64,000 bases of DNA from Candidatus Woesearchaeota archaeon (GTDB lineage: Archaea; Nanobdellota; Nanobdellia; SCGC-AAA011-G17; ARS1403). Position 1 is the stretch's first letter. Each line of letters opens with the position of its first letter. Below the pieces are notes generated by a model. That model saw nothing but the letters and a program-made list of their open reading frames with translations, was not told where the DNA came from and did not search any database. The stretch covers positions 1,081-65,080 of the forward strand of contig JAGVZI010000020.1 of NCBI GenBank assembly GCA_018302705.1, read 5' to 3'. Below are positions 1 to 8,422 of the stretch, piece by piece. The position numbers and the translations under genes are program-made.

Positions 1-546
1 TATCTCCTTGCACTTAAACTCGGAGACCCCATTGAATTTAACGTCTTCAATTGTTATTCCTTCAGGATTCAAACTAAATTTAGAAAAATTATTCAGATGG
101 ATTTCTTTATACCCATTATTCTCTTTTATATATCCATTCTCAACTCTTATAATATCATTATCATGCAAATTCTCCATGGAATTTATATGTTGCACATCCC
201 ACAAGACAACTCTTATAGTTCCGGTCTCGTCCCCAATAACAAAGCTCCCCACTTTTCCAGCCCTCTTCTCATTTTTAAATTCCCTAACGCCGAAATTAAC
301 AATAAGTTTCCCGTTGACATTGGCGTTCCTCATCCCGTTTCTAGCATCTTTAATTTTTATCTCGCCTACGTCCTCAAAGACCTTAACGCCTGCTTCATTT
401 GCTATAATGTGCGCAGCCCCTTCCTTGCTTATTAATCCAGACAGCTGCTCCATCTTATTTTTTATTTTATCCTCAATCTCAAACAAAGTCAAGCCGCTCT
501 CTCTTAGCTTAGAAATAATGGTGTCATAATTCAAGGGTATAATCAT
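1..546 (-). CDS. Replication protein A / OB-fold ssDNA-binding protein (runs off window start)
   Basis: Manual translation from ATG at 546: MIIPLNYDTIISKLRESG...LISKEGAAHIIANE...GKVGSFVIGDETGTIRVVLWD; GDETG-IRVVLW is the archaeal RPA OB-fold motif. Not in ORF track because it has no stop in the window. Confidence 0.85.
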   Translation of the reverse strand, partial: MIIPLNYDTIISKLRESGLTLFEIEDKIKNKMEQLSGLISKEGAAHIIANEAGVKVFEDVGEIKIKDARNGMRNANVNGKLIVNFGVREFKNEKRAGKVGSFVIGDETGTIRVVLWDVQHINSMENLHDNDIIRVENGYIKENNGYKEIHLNNFSKFSLNPEGITIEDVKFNGVSEFKCKEI

Positions 547-577
547 AAAAAAATAAAACTACAACCACTATAAAAAT

Positions 578-1330
578 TTATTGATTATACGGCAGAACAA
601 ATTTCACTGCAACGTCTCCCAAGCCTTTATACATCTCAGCAACATCAAACAGCACATATCCCCTTTCTTCTTTTTCCTCTACTTTGATATTCCACTTAAA
701 GTCCTTGTCATTCCTGCAGTCTTCAAACAAGTTATTTCTCGTCACTCCCTTATCCTCTTCATCCTTAACGCACCCATTTGCTTTCTTTAAAATTTCATTA
801 TAGCTGCTAAAGCTGTAATCCAAAAAATATTCATTGCTTGGCTCAAATCCATACCTAACTCCTTCATAATCAAATTCAATCACGCCATTAAGTTCTATAA
901 CAAGTCTATTATTCTCGTCAATTTTCCACTCGGCATCTATCCCATTAATCCCTCTAGCCTTCAAATATTCATCAAAAAGGGTTTTGAATCTGCTAAAAAA
1001 ATTCTCTTCTAAATTATAAGAAAATAAGCAATCATCTTTCCATATAACATATCCATTTATTTTTCCACACTCCTGCCCATTTAATATTCCCCCATCGTTT
1101 CCAAGTTTTTTTAATGCATTAAAAGAAGAATACTCAATTGCTATATCCAAAAATAATTCAATTTCCCCCTCGTCTAAAGTAGCATTGATGGCAATCTCGG
1201 GAAGTTCTCCGGTGTCAACAATCCTGCTCTCCTCCAGAATTTTTTCTTTGTTCATGCTGACAAATATAATGAACACAAACACAGCAACAACAGTGAAAGT
1301 TGCCAAGAAAAAACTTCCTTTCCTATTCAT
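578..1330 (-). CDS. Pilin-like protein with class III signal peptide
   Basis: Likely start MNRKG|SFFLATFTVVAVFVFIIFV; lies in pilus locus. Confidence 0.7.
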   Translation of the reverse strand: MNRKGSFFLATFTVVAVFVFIIFVSMNKEKILEESRIVDTGELPEIAINATLDEGEIELFLDIAIEYSSFNALKKLGNDGGILNGQECGKINGYVIWKDDCLFSYNLEENFFSRFKTLFDEYLKARGINGIDAEWKIDENNRLVIELNGVIEFDYEGVRYGFEPSNEYFLDYSFSSYNEILKKANGCVKDEEDKGVTRNNLFEDCRNDKDFKWNIKVEEKEERGYVLFDVAEMYKGLGDVAVKFVLPYNQ

Positions 1331-1826
1331 CCTCCACCACCAATTCAACAGTAATAAGCCCACCGTTTATGGAAGGAATCATAATCCTCTCCCCTCTGCC
1401 AAGCTCAGATCTGAAAAGCTTCAGCCCGGTTTTTACCCCTCCCTCAGCTTCCTCTCCGGTATCAATCAAGTCCCATCCTTTGGTCGAAGTGATATACTCA
1501 GCCTCGCCGTCGGGATATCGGACCTCCAAGAGATAATTCCTGCCGTTAAAGCCGTAAAAGTTCAATATCTGTCTGCTGGCAGAGCGCAGATCCCTCAAAA
1601 GAAATTTATCCCTGTTTTCGCTTAAGGCAATCATGTCAGCAATTCTCTCCCCTCCAGCATCTGTCCTTAAGTAATTCAGCAAGAATAATCTTTCCTCGTC
1701 GGGAAATTTAACATCTCTATTAGAGTATTTATAGCTGAGAGGATCAAACCCGATGGCAACAACACCTATCATGAGAAATAGCAGAAAATATCCGACTATC
1801 AAATCAGTAATTTCATTGGATTTCAT
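1323..1826 (-). CDS. Membrane-anchored pilus-locus protein
   Basis: N-terminal hydrophobic helix; overlaps neighbour in a co-oriented operon. Confidence 0.6.
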   Translation of the reverse strand: MKSNEITDLIVGYFLLFLMIGVVAIGFDPLSYKYSNRDVKFPDEERLFLLNYLRTDAGGERIADMIALSENRDKFLLRDLRSASRQILNFYGFNGRNYLLEVRYPDGEAEYITSTKGWDLIDTGEEAEGGVKTGLKLFRSELGRGERIMIPSINGGLITVELVVEDE

Positions 1827-1829
1827 TTT

Positions 1830-2228
1830 TTATTTTTTACTATAGCCGACCTCCAGCCTAGCCTCCTTATCATCTACAACAACATATCTGCTAACAACCC
1901 TTTTCTGCTCTAAATTGTCAGTTTCAATCCTCACATCATTCCCCTCGCTCCTGGCCAATTTAACATTGAATGCATATTTGTCGCCCATGCATCTCCTTAA
2001 TATCTCTGCCCCATTTTCTCCATTAATCTTGGAAGCATCCATAACGCCAAAGTCGCCTTCCTTAGAAAAGCACCTCACTACCCTGTTAGCAACTACGCTA
2101 TCCTCGGCGTTGTCCAGCTTGACAAGAAATTTATCCTCGATAGAAATGAATTTGGCAGCAAAACCAATAGCTATCGCAAGTAAAAAAATATACCCTATTA
2201 TAAAGCCAATGTTCTGCATAATTGTCAT
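1830..2228 (-). CDS. Membrane-anchored pilus-locus protein
   Basis: N-terminal TM helix, Cys pair; operon context. Confidence 0.6.
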   Translation of the reverse strand: MTIMQNIGFIIGYIFLLAIAIGFAAKFISIEDKFLVKLDNAEDSVVANRVVRCFSKEGDFGVMDASKINGENGAEILRRCMGDKYAFNVKLARSEGNDVRIETDNLEQKRVVSRYVVVDDKEARLEVGYSKK

Positions 2229-2611
2229 TAAGAGATCACCACTCTGCTTCCCTCTTTTTTTATATTAATCAGCTCTGTTTTCCCGTTTAATTGCTCTCCG
2301 AAATTATAATTCCCGTCTAAGAATATCTCGCCCCTTCCTTTCATCCCTTCTTCTGACCTGCTCAATCTAATTATACTATCATCGATATCAACATAGTATT
2401 CATCACCAAGGTCATAAGCAAGATTCAAATCACCCTCAACAAGAAAAATGCTGCTAATTGTCAGAGACAGATCCTCCGCCTTTAAGGGATTTAATTTAGA
2501 ATCAGGAATCCCCCTGTAAGCCCAGCCAGAGAGTATTACTATAAGGATTACTAGCACTACGCCTTTGACAAATTCCCAGGAAACAAATTCCTCCTGTCCT
2601 CTTTTATTCAT
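2228..2611 (-). CDS. Pilin-like protein, class III signal peptide
   Basis: MNKRG|QEEFVSWEFVKGVVLVILIVIL. Confidence 0.7.
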   Translation of the reverse strand: MNKRGQEEFVSWEFVKGVVLVILIVILSGWAYRGIPDSKLNPLKAEDLSLTISSIFLVEGDLNLAYDLGDEYYVDIDDSIIRLSRSEEGMKGRGEIFLDGNYNFGEQLNGKTELINIKKEGSRVVIS

Positions 2612-2650
2612 ACTAAGGATAATTGTGATTTAATTTATAATTGTTTTTAT

Positions 2651-3448
2651 CTATGCTACAGGAATCAAGCTAACAGGTTCACATTGAACAGCACAGTCCG
2701 TTTTAATTAAAGACCCGCTGCTATAGCAATCATACTCAACAGGTTCACCCACATCCCTCGTTATAATCGGAAATTTTACAGTACAAAATCTAGAGCTAAG
2801 TGGATCAATTGCATCCCGGGCCTCATCGCACAATCTTCTGCATTCTTTTCTAGCATCTTCAACGCCGACATTAAAATAGCCCCCTGAACATTTTCCATCT
2901 CTAGTAAAAGCATTGAATATGCAATGTCTCGCTCCCTCGCATTTGCTTCCAATAGAGCCCCCTTCAAATTCTCTCTCGCAAGAATCATCGTTCACAATTA
3001 TCTCTTTCCCGTCAATCTCAAATTTATCAACGCATTTTCCCCTCCCCTCTTTTACTAAACATACTCCATTTTCGCAGTAGCCTCCAGAGCATTCGTCAGT
3101 AGAAGCCCCGCATTTAGTATTATCGCTGCACACTTTTAAAAAATTAAACTCGGTTAGCTTTTCACAGGGAAGATAAAATTCTTTTTCTCCTTTATCATAT
3201 CTGCATATCTGCAAAGGGTCGCTTTTTCTAGAACAGCAAAGAGTTTCCCCGGACTTATCATACTCGCCGCAGATCTTAACAATACTAGGGCTAAATTCAT
3301 TGCTCGAAATCAAATCAAATCCAGCAGGACAGCCTTTGTTCAAAAGGACCTTGCCCCCAATTAATAAAACAATGAAGATAAAGAAGAAGGTCAGTACAAG
3401 ACCAGTAACCTCATTGCTGCTTAAACTTATCTCGCCTCTTTTATTCAT
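2651..3448 (-). CDS. Cys-rich pilin-like/adhesin protein, class III signal peptide
   Basis: MNKRG|EISLSSNEV plus hydrophobic stretch; many cysteines in the extracellular part. Confidence 0.7.
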   Translation of the reverse strand: MNKRGEISLSSNEVTGLVLTFFFIFIVLLIGGKVLLNKGCPAGFDLISSNEFSPSIVKICGEYDKSGETLCCSRKSDPLQICRYDKGEKEFYLPCEKLTEFNFLKVCSDNTKCGASTDECSGGYCENGVCLVKEGRGKCVDKFEIDGKEIIVNDDSCEREFEGGSIGSKCEGARHCIFNAFTRDGKCSGGYFNVGVEDARKECRRLCDEARDAIDPLSSRFCTVKFPIITRDVGEPVEYDCYSSGSLIKTDCAVQCEPVSLIPVA

Positions 3449-3481
3449 GCAATTATCTTGCTTTAAAAAATATATAAATCT

Positions 3482-3673
3482 TTACTTCTCAATCAGCTCA
3501 TTAATATTCTTCCCGGTTTCCTCGGCCCCGGCAGTAGTCGTTTTAATAATCCCCATTAAGCTCCTGAAAACCTCATTAATCTGTTTTCTGAAAACCCACA
3601 CAAGTGTAATCAAAACAATGACTGCAATTATCGCATATACTATCTCATTCCAAGTCAAGCCTTTTTTATTCAT
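3482..3673 (-). CDS. Small type IV pilin
   Basis: MNKKG|LTWNEIVYAIIAVIVLITLV. Confidence 0.75.
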   Translation of the reverse strand: MNKKGLTWNEIVYAIIAVIVLITLVWVFRKQINEVFRSLMGIIKTTTAGAEETGKNINELIEK

Positions 3674-3691
3674 AGAAAAAGAAAAAATAAA

Positions 3692-4048
3692 TCAACAACT
3701 TACACCCAAGCAAGTAATAGATATGGGGGCTTGATTACAACCTGTTGACTCAGGATTGCTTCCAGCAGTTTTTACAATATCAAACTTCTGTGTGCAAAAA
3801 GTAGATCCTCTTTTAGCATCATCAGTATCCAATAATTTTGCTCTTTCACAATAAGCCTGGCAATTCGCCTTGGCCAAATCAACATCGTATCCTGCAGTGC
3901 TGCCGCTGAAAACATTCCTTATCTTCCCAAAGATAGTTGATAATCCTCCAGTAAAGAAAGTAACTATAAGCAGTAATACTATAATCGCAATAATAGCAAG
4001 AACAATCGTATTCATAGAAAGCTCGGTTGCTCCTCTTTTATTCATCAT
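3692..4048 (-). CDS. Type IV pilin (candidate major pilin)
   Basis: MMNKRG|ATELSMNTIVLAIIAIIVLLLIV; GGTGA RBS and TATA-like element upstream. Confidence 0.8.
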   Translation of the reverse strand: MMNKRGATELSMNTIVLAIIAIIVLLLIVTFFTGGLSTIFGKIRNVFSGSTAGYDVDLAKANCQAYCERAKLLDTDDAKRGSTFCTQKFDIVKTAGSNPESTGCNQAPISITCLGVSC

Positions 4049-4123
4049 ATCACCTTCAATATTAAACTTATATATAAATTATTTGGTTTTTATTTAAACC
4101 TTTCTATTCTAGTCTCAGCTCCC

Positions 4124-5185
4124 CTAAAAGTATTCTAAAGACGTAGTTTTAGAGGCAGGCAAGCACTCTCCTTTTACAAGCATTATAATCCTAATAGCGC
4201 TTCCATCAGATAAAGTAATCATTGCAGACCGGTACAACAAGTCAGGAGCCAGACCATAACCATATACAGTGGATAAACCTTCAATTGAGGCAATGACATT
4301 CCAGCACCCATTTATAGAAAATCGTCCCCTATATTCCTCGCCAAAATATTCTTCAACATGTTTTCCCATGCTATTTATCAAGAAAAGATGTTTCCTTTCA
4401 TTTTCTTTTTCTAACTGACCATCCTTATATAGCCCGCCCAAATCGAGCAGATATTTAATCATCTCGTGGATTTGATAATCCTCGCCAAGGTAACTGAAAT
4501 CATCATTCAGATAGGCAATAATGTCTCGAGCCTCCTCTGGATTAATACCCTTAACATCTTCAAATTCTATATTTGCTATACTTAGTCTTTCCCCCCGCTC
4601 AGTACCACAAAGTTTTTTTTGGGTCACATCAGAAAGTTCACCAGAAAATTCAGCAGCAGTAGCCCTATCTAGAAAATTAATTTTCCTGTCTTTAACATAA
4701 ACAACATCTCCTAATTCATATCTATCATTAACGTTTTCAAATTCCTCGTCAATAAAGAACCCATCAGCCCCCCCATCAAGGTTTAAAAAAGCTAGCCTGG
4801 AAGAAACAGAAAGCGGATACACCCTGGCTTTTCCTTTTTTCTCGGCAAAAATATCCCCGTCCCGGACTCTAACTCCAAAACCTTTTTCTTTTATCGCATT
4901 AAAATTAATTTCTTTAATGCAGTCATCATCGATAACAGCGAAATTATTTCTGAAAAATAAATTAAATTCATCTATTATCTTTTTTTCTTCTTCAGTTAAT
5001 GTGCTCTCTTCTCCAATGGTTTTGCTATAGGCTTTTTTTATCGCCTCAGTATCTGCTATTTTCACAAATCCTTCCTTGACTTCAGCAAAAGAGTCGCTAT
5101 AAACAAAAAAGATTACAATCATAGCTATAAAAATTAAGACCAAGGTGCTAATAGTCCCCCAATGTTCATCTCCTCTCTTGTTCAT
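4124..5185 (-). CDS. Large pilin-like protein, class III signal peptide
   Basis: Likely start MNKRG|DEHWGTISTLVLIFIAMIVIFFV at 5185, overlapping the stop of the upstream small pilin. Confidence 0.7.
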   Translation of the reverse strand: MNKRGDEHWGTISTLVLIFIAMIVIFFVYSDSFAEVKEGFVKIADTEAIKKAYSKTIGEESTLTEEEKKIIDEFNLFFRNNFAVIDDDCIKEINFNAIKEKGFGVRVRDGDIFAEKKGKARVYPLSVSSRLAFLNLDGGADGFFIDEEFENVNDRYELGDVVYVKDRKINFLDRATAAEFSGELSDVTQKKLCGTERGERLSIANIEFEDVKGINPEEARDIIAYLNDDFSYLGEDYQIHEMIKYLLDLGGLYKDGQLEKENERKHLFLINSMGKHVEEYFGEEYRGRFSINGCWNVIASIEGLSTVYGYGLAPDLLYRSAMITLSDGSAIRIIMLVKGECLPASKTTSLEYF

Positions 5186-5337
5186 CTTTCCAAAAACTCC
5201 AGAATAATGTCCACCAGGTCCATAATCTTGTCTCTTAAAAAATAAATAAAAAACAAGATTACAACCAGAGCAATCAAAGCCAGTATCCACATGGCAGTCT
5301 CGCTCAAAGCAAATAATCCTCTTTTATTTTCTTTCAT
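5182..5337 (-). CDS. Small pilin, 51 aa (absent from ORF track)
   Basis: MKENKRG|LFALSETAMWILALIALVVILFFIYFLRDKIMDLVDIILEFLER*; ATGA overlaps with both neighbours. Confidence 0.75.
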   Translation of the reverse strand: MKENKRGLFALSETAMWILALIALVVILFFIYFLRDKIMDLVDIILEFLER

Positions 5338-6149
5338 CCTATCTCACCGCTGCAAACATTCTCATTTTCATCGAATTCAGAGATCATAATGCCGTCGGGA
5401 TTTTCTGCAAAATAATCCATAAGCCAAGTACCAGTACCTAGAGCTGTACCTCCTAAAAGAGCAGCACTGCCGCATAAAAGAGCGCCGGGTCCAGTTATTA
5501 AGCACACACCAATGACAGCAACGCTTCCTTCAATAGTTCTAGCAATTACACTAGGCTCAGTATTTTCTACAAAGGTGACAGCATACAATTTTCTTTCTCT
5601 AAATAAGGGGTCAGATATACTTGAAATCGGAAAGTTAAAAATAATTCTGTTATTATTAAATCCCTTGAAATAATTCCAATAGGTAGTATCCGTGCTGCCA
5701 ATGTATTCCCTCTGCAGATAATCCTCTAAATCTCTTGCTATTATCTCGGGAACGTCTCCTAAAGGCTCAATCACGTAGCAGTTAAAGCATTGATTATCAC
5801 TCCACTTAATCAAGTTCTTTCCAGCGGGATCCCTTTTTCCCTCGCCCCACATCCAAAAGCACTGTCTCATATTCTCCGCAATCTTTTCCAAGAATTCATC
5901 CTCGTCGAGGTTTTCAAATTCCTTGTAATAAGTATTGCAAAAAACACCCCCGACTCCAAGCTTTTGAAATATTCCCAAAGTCTGGTCAGAAAAATAAACG
6001 CTGATCTGGCAGATCTTCCTCGTAAAGACATCCTCTCTTTCAACGAAGACAACATAAAGAACACCAGCCATCACAGTTAAAATTGCCAGGGATAAAACCA
6101 GTACAAGAACAGCATTCCTCCCAGTTTCCTGTCCGCTCTTATTGAACAC
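5334..6149 (-). CDS. Pilin-like protein, class III signal peptide
   Basis: MFNKSG|QETGRNAVLVLVLSLAIL; Cys motifs; C-terminal Gly/Ala-rich hydrophobic segment. Confidence 0.7.
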   Translation of the reverse strand: MFNKSGQETGRNAVLVLVLSLAILTVMAGVLYVVFVEREDVFTRKICQISVYFSDQTLGIFQKLGVGGVFCNTYYKEFENLDEDEFLEKIAENMRQCFWMWGEGKRDPAGKNLIKWSDNQCFNCYVIEPLGDVPEIIARDLEDYLQREYIGSTDTTYWNYFKGFNNNRIIFNFPISSISDPLFRERKLYAVTFVENTEPSVIARTIEGSVAVIGVCLITGPGALLCGSAALLGGTALGTGTWLMDYFAENPDGIMISEFDENENVCSGEIG

Positions 6150-6234
6150 CTATAATCACCTTCCTCACGAGTAAAATAAACAGGATCGCTAAGAGTAAAA
6201 TCAATATTAACGCAATCACATTTCTAAATCCCAT
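6139..6234 (-). CDS. 31-aa hydrophobic peptide in pilus operon (absent from ORF track)
   Basis: MGFRNVIALILILLLAILFILLVRKVIIGVQ*; fills the gap between the TadC-like gene and the next pilin. Confidence 0.45.
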   Translation of the reverse strand: MGFRNVIALILILLLAILFILLVRKVIIGVQ

Positions 6235-6240
6235 TTTTAT

Positions 6241-8367
6241 TCAAAGTGTGCCTCCAGTGGTCTTCAAAACATTCCTCGCCATAAGTGTCAATATCATCGT
6301 AGTTATTAAAGTAACTAAAATATAAAATATTATGCTCTTAAATAAGTTCTTCCCCAAGCTGCTCTCCTTATTCAACTCATCAACTCCATTTTCAATACCG
6401 TTGGCAAGCACAGTTAGAATATAAGTAATCTGCACTAAATACAAGCCAACAACGAGCTGAAAATAAAACGGCGGGATTACCTCTTCAATAGGAAATATTC
6501 CTTTAATGGTTTCAACACCTACCCCCAATCCAGTGCCGACATCAACTCCGCCAGCGCCTGCAGTTTTTCCGAATACAGTTCCAAGGCTGGCAATAATATT
6601 CGTTATCAGCCCTCCAATGCCGACGACAATCCCCGCAATTAAAGGCGTTATAAAATTAATCTGGCTTCTCATGTCGCTTAAGACGTCAGAAAGCAGATCC
6701 TTCAGCCTCTCATTAACTTTGTGTATCGCACTCATGTAGTTGCTTATGCTCATCAAAGCATGTGCAACAATCTTAGGTCCTCTTTTAGCGCTCTCAATTA
6801 GCACTTCCATGCTGCTGCTTATTACTTTAGAAGGAAAGCTCAATATCGCTCCTCTCTTAACATTAAAAATCGCTTCTCTTAGCCCCATTCCCAATCCTCT
6901 CAAATTATTATTAACCATACTGAAGAATTTCCCGCTCATAGTACCTTCCATGTTCTCAGCCACTTTTGAAAAAGCCGACTCAGCAGGCAGTCCATCTTCA
7001 ATCCTATTCCCCAGCTGAAATAAGCTTCCAGAAAACTCTCTCTCTAATTCCCTCGTCTCTTTCCTAATTTTCACAAGACTTCTGCTTTTCAGTTTATAAT
7101 AAACACTCAAGCTGATAGCAACGCTAAATGGTATTGCCAGGCTCAGGACCAATGCGCTAAATCCAAAAGGTCCGATATATCCCTTCTCGCCGTTTTTATA
7201 TCCGAAAATCCAGTCGCTATTCAATAAGATATTGTCAGGAGAAAGCCAGTGAATCCAAAGCGGGGAAAACCCAATAGCCAGCACAAATAAAAATAAAGGA
7301 ATGGCAAGCACAGCAGGGCTAATAAGCATAGTTCCAATTCTCAAATATTTATAATTCTCAAAAAGATCTTCTTGCAGGGAAAAGCTCTCTCCCTCTCCAG
7401 CAGGTCTTTTAACCAATAATCTATTCCCAATGAAATAAACAAGCACAGGCAAAATTAAGTTGTAAAAAAAAGCAATCCAATACCATTTAATTCCAAGAAA
7501 GGCCCCCATCAAAGGTAGCATTATCAAACCCAAAACAGGGAGGATTATCCCGAGCATGTACAAAGTTGTTATCGGAGATTTCAATTCTTGGGCGTAATGC
7601 AGCATCTTCTCGTAAGTGCCGTCGAGCATCGTCGTCAAAGCCCTTTCAAGAATCTCTAGCCTTCTAGCTTCTTTCGGCTCAAACAAGCTGCTCTCGATTA
7701 AATGGAAAGAATTCACAAAATCTATATTATAATTTTTCCAATTTTCAAGATAAGCATCCAAGGATTCCTGCACAGTATTATACATTCCAGTCTCAATGTT
7801 CCAAAAAACTTTTTTCAAATCGCTTGAGAGGGGGTCTTGAATGTGCTGGGCTGCGAATTTCACAGCATGCTCTAAATTAGAAGTGTGCCTCATATACATA
7901 ACAACGTATAATATGCACAGCACCATTTGGTTTTCAGCCTGTATTCTCCACCTCAGTGCTTTCTGATTTGGATGATCGCTAAGAAATTTCAAAGTTAAAA
8001 TTCCCAGGGCAATAAAAAACACGGGAAAAAATAGCAGAATGCTTTCCATCGCAAGCCCGATTACAAAAATAGCTATCCCAATTAGAATTAATCCAAAAGC
8101 AGAGAAGAAAGCAAGGCTCATCACCCCTTCGGGAGTTGTTTTTAAGCCGGTAGTCTGTATGCTCTCCCATAGTCTCTCGTTGTATTTCTCACTCGGCTTT
8201 ATAGTTAAAATATTTTTGCAGAAATTGCAACTCTTTTCATAAAGGCTCAGCTCTTTCCCAATCTGCTCTTCCTTAAATTTCTTGTACTCTCCTGAAAATC
8301 CCTCGCCGAATTTATTCTCTAGTTTTCTCTTATATTTCTCTAGGATATCCTCGACATCGTTTCTCAT
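6241..8367 (-). CDS. Type II secretion system F / TadC-FlaJ-like pilus platform membrane protein
   Basis: Multi-TM protein with two T2SSF-like cytoplasmic domains; directly downstream of the ATPase. Confidence 0.85.
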   Translation of the reverse strand: MRNDVEDILEKYKRKLENKFGEGFSGEYKKFKEEQIGKELSLYEKSCNFCKNILTIKPSEKYNERLWESIQTTGLKTTPEGVMSLAFFSAFGLILIGIAIFVIGLAMESILLFFPVFFIALGILTLKFLSDHPNQKALRWRIQAENQMVLCILYVVMYMRHTSNLEHAVKFAAQHIQDPLSSDLKKVFWNIETGMYNTVQESLDAYLENWKNYNIDFVNSFHLIESSLFEPKEARRLEILERALTTMLDGTYEKMLHYAQELKSPITTLYMLGIILPVLGLIMLPLMGAFLGIKWYWIAFFYNLILPVLVYFIGNRLLVKRPAGEGESFSLQEDLFENYKYLRIGTMLISPAVLAIPLFLFVLAIGFSPLWIHWLSPDNILLNSDWIFGYKNGEKGYIGPFGFSALVLSLAIPFSVAISLSVYYKLKSRSLVKIRKETRELEREFSGSLFQLGNRIEDGLPAESAFSKVAENMEGTMSGKFFSMVNNNLRGLGMGLREAIFNVKRGAILSFPSKVISSSMEVLIESAKRGPKIVAHALMSISNYMSAIHKVNERLKDLLSDVLSDMRSQINFITPLIAGIVVGIGGLITNIIASLGTVFGKTAGAGGVDVGTGLGVGVETIKGIFPIEEVIPPFYFQLVVGLYLVQITYILTVLANGIENGVDELNKESSLGKNLFKSIIFYILVTLITTMILTLMARNVLKTTGGTL

Positions 8368-8422
8368 AAACCCTCTTTTTAAAAAACAAAAGAATGCAGA
8401 TATATAAAATATGCGAATTAAA

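Noticed and set aside
8-529. Plus-strand ORFs 8-529 and 97-435, and the many other short antisense ORFs in the track
   Set aside because: They are shadows of well-supported genes on the opposite strand (here RPA) and show no recognisable motifs.
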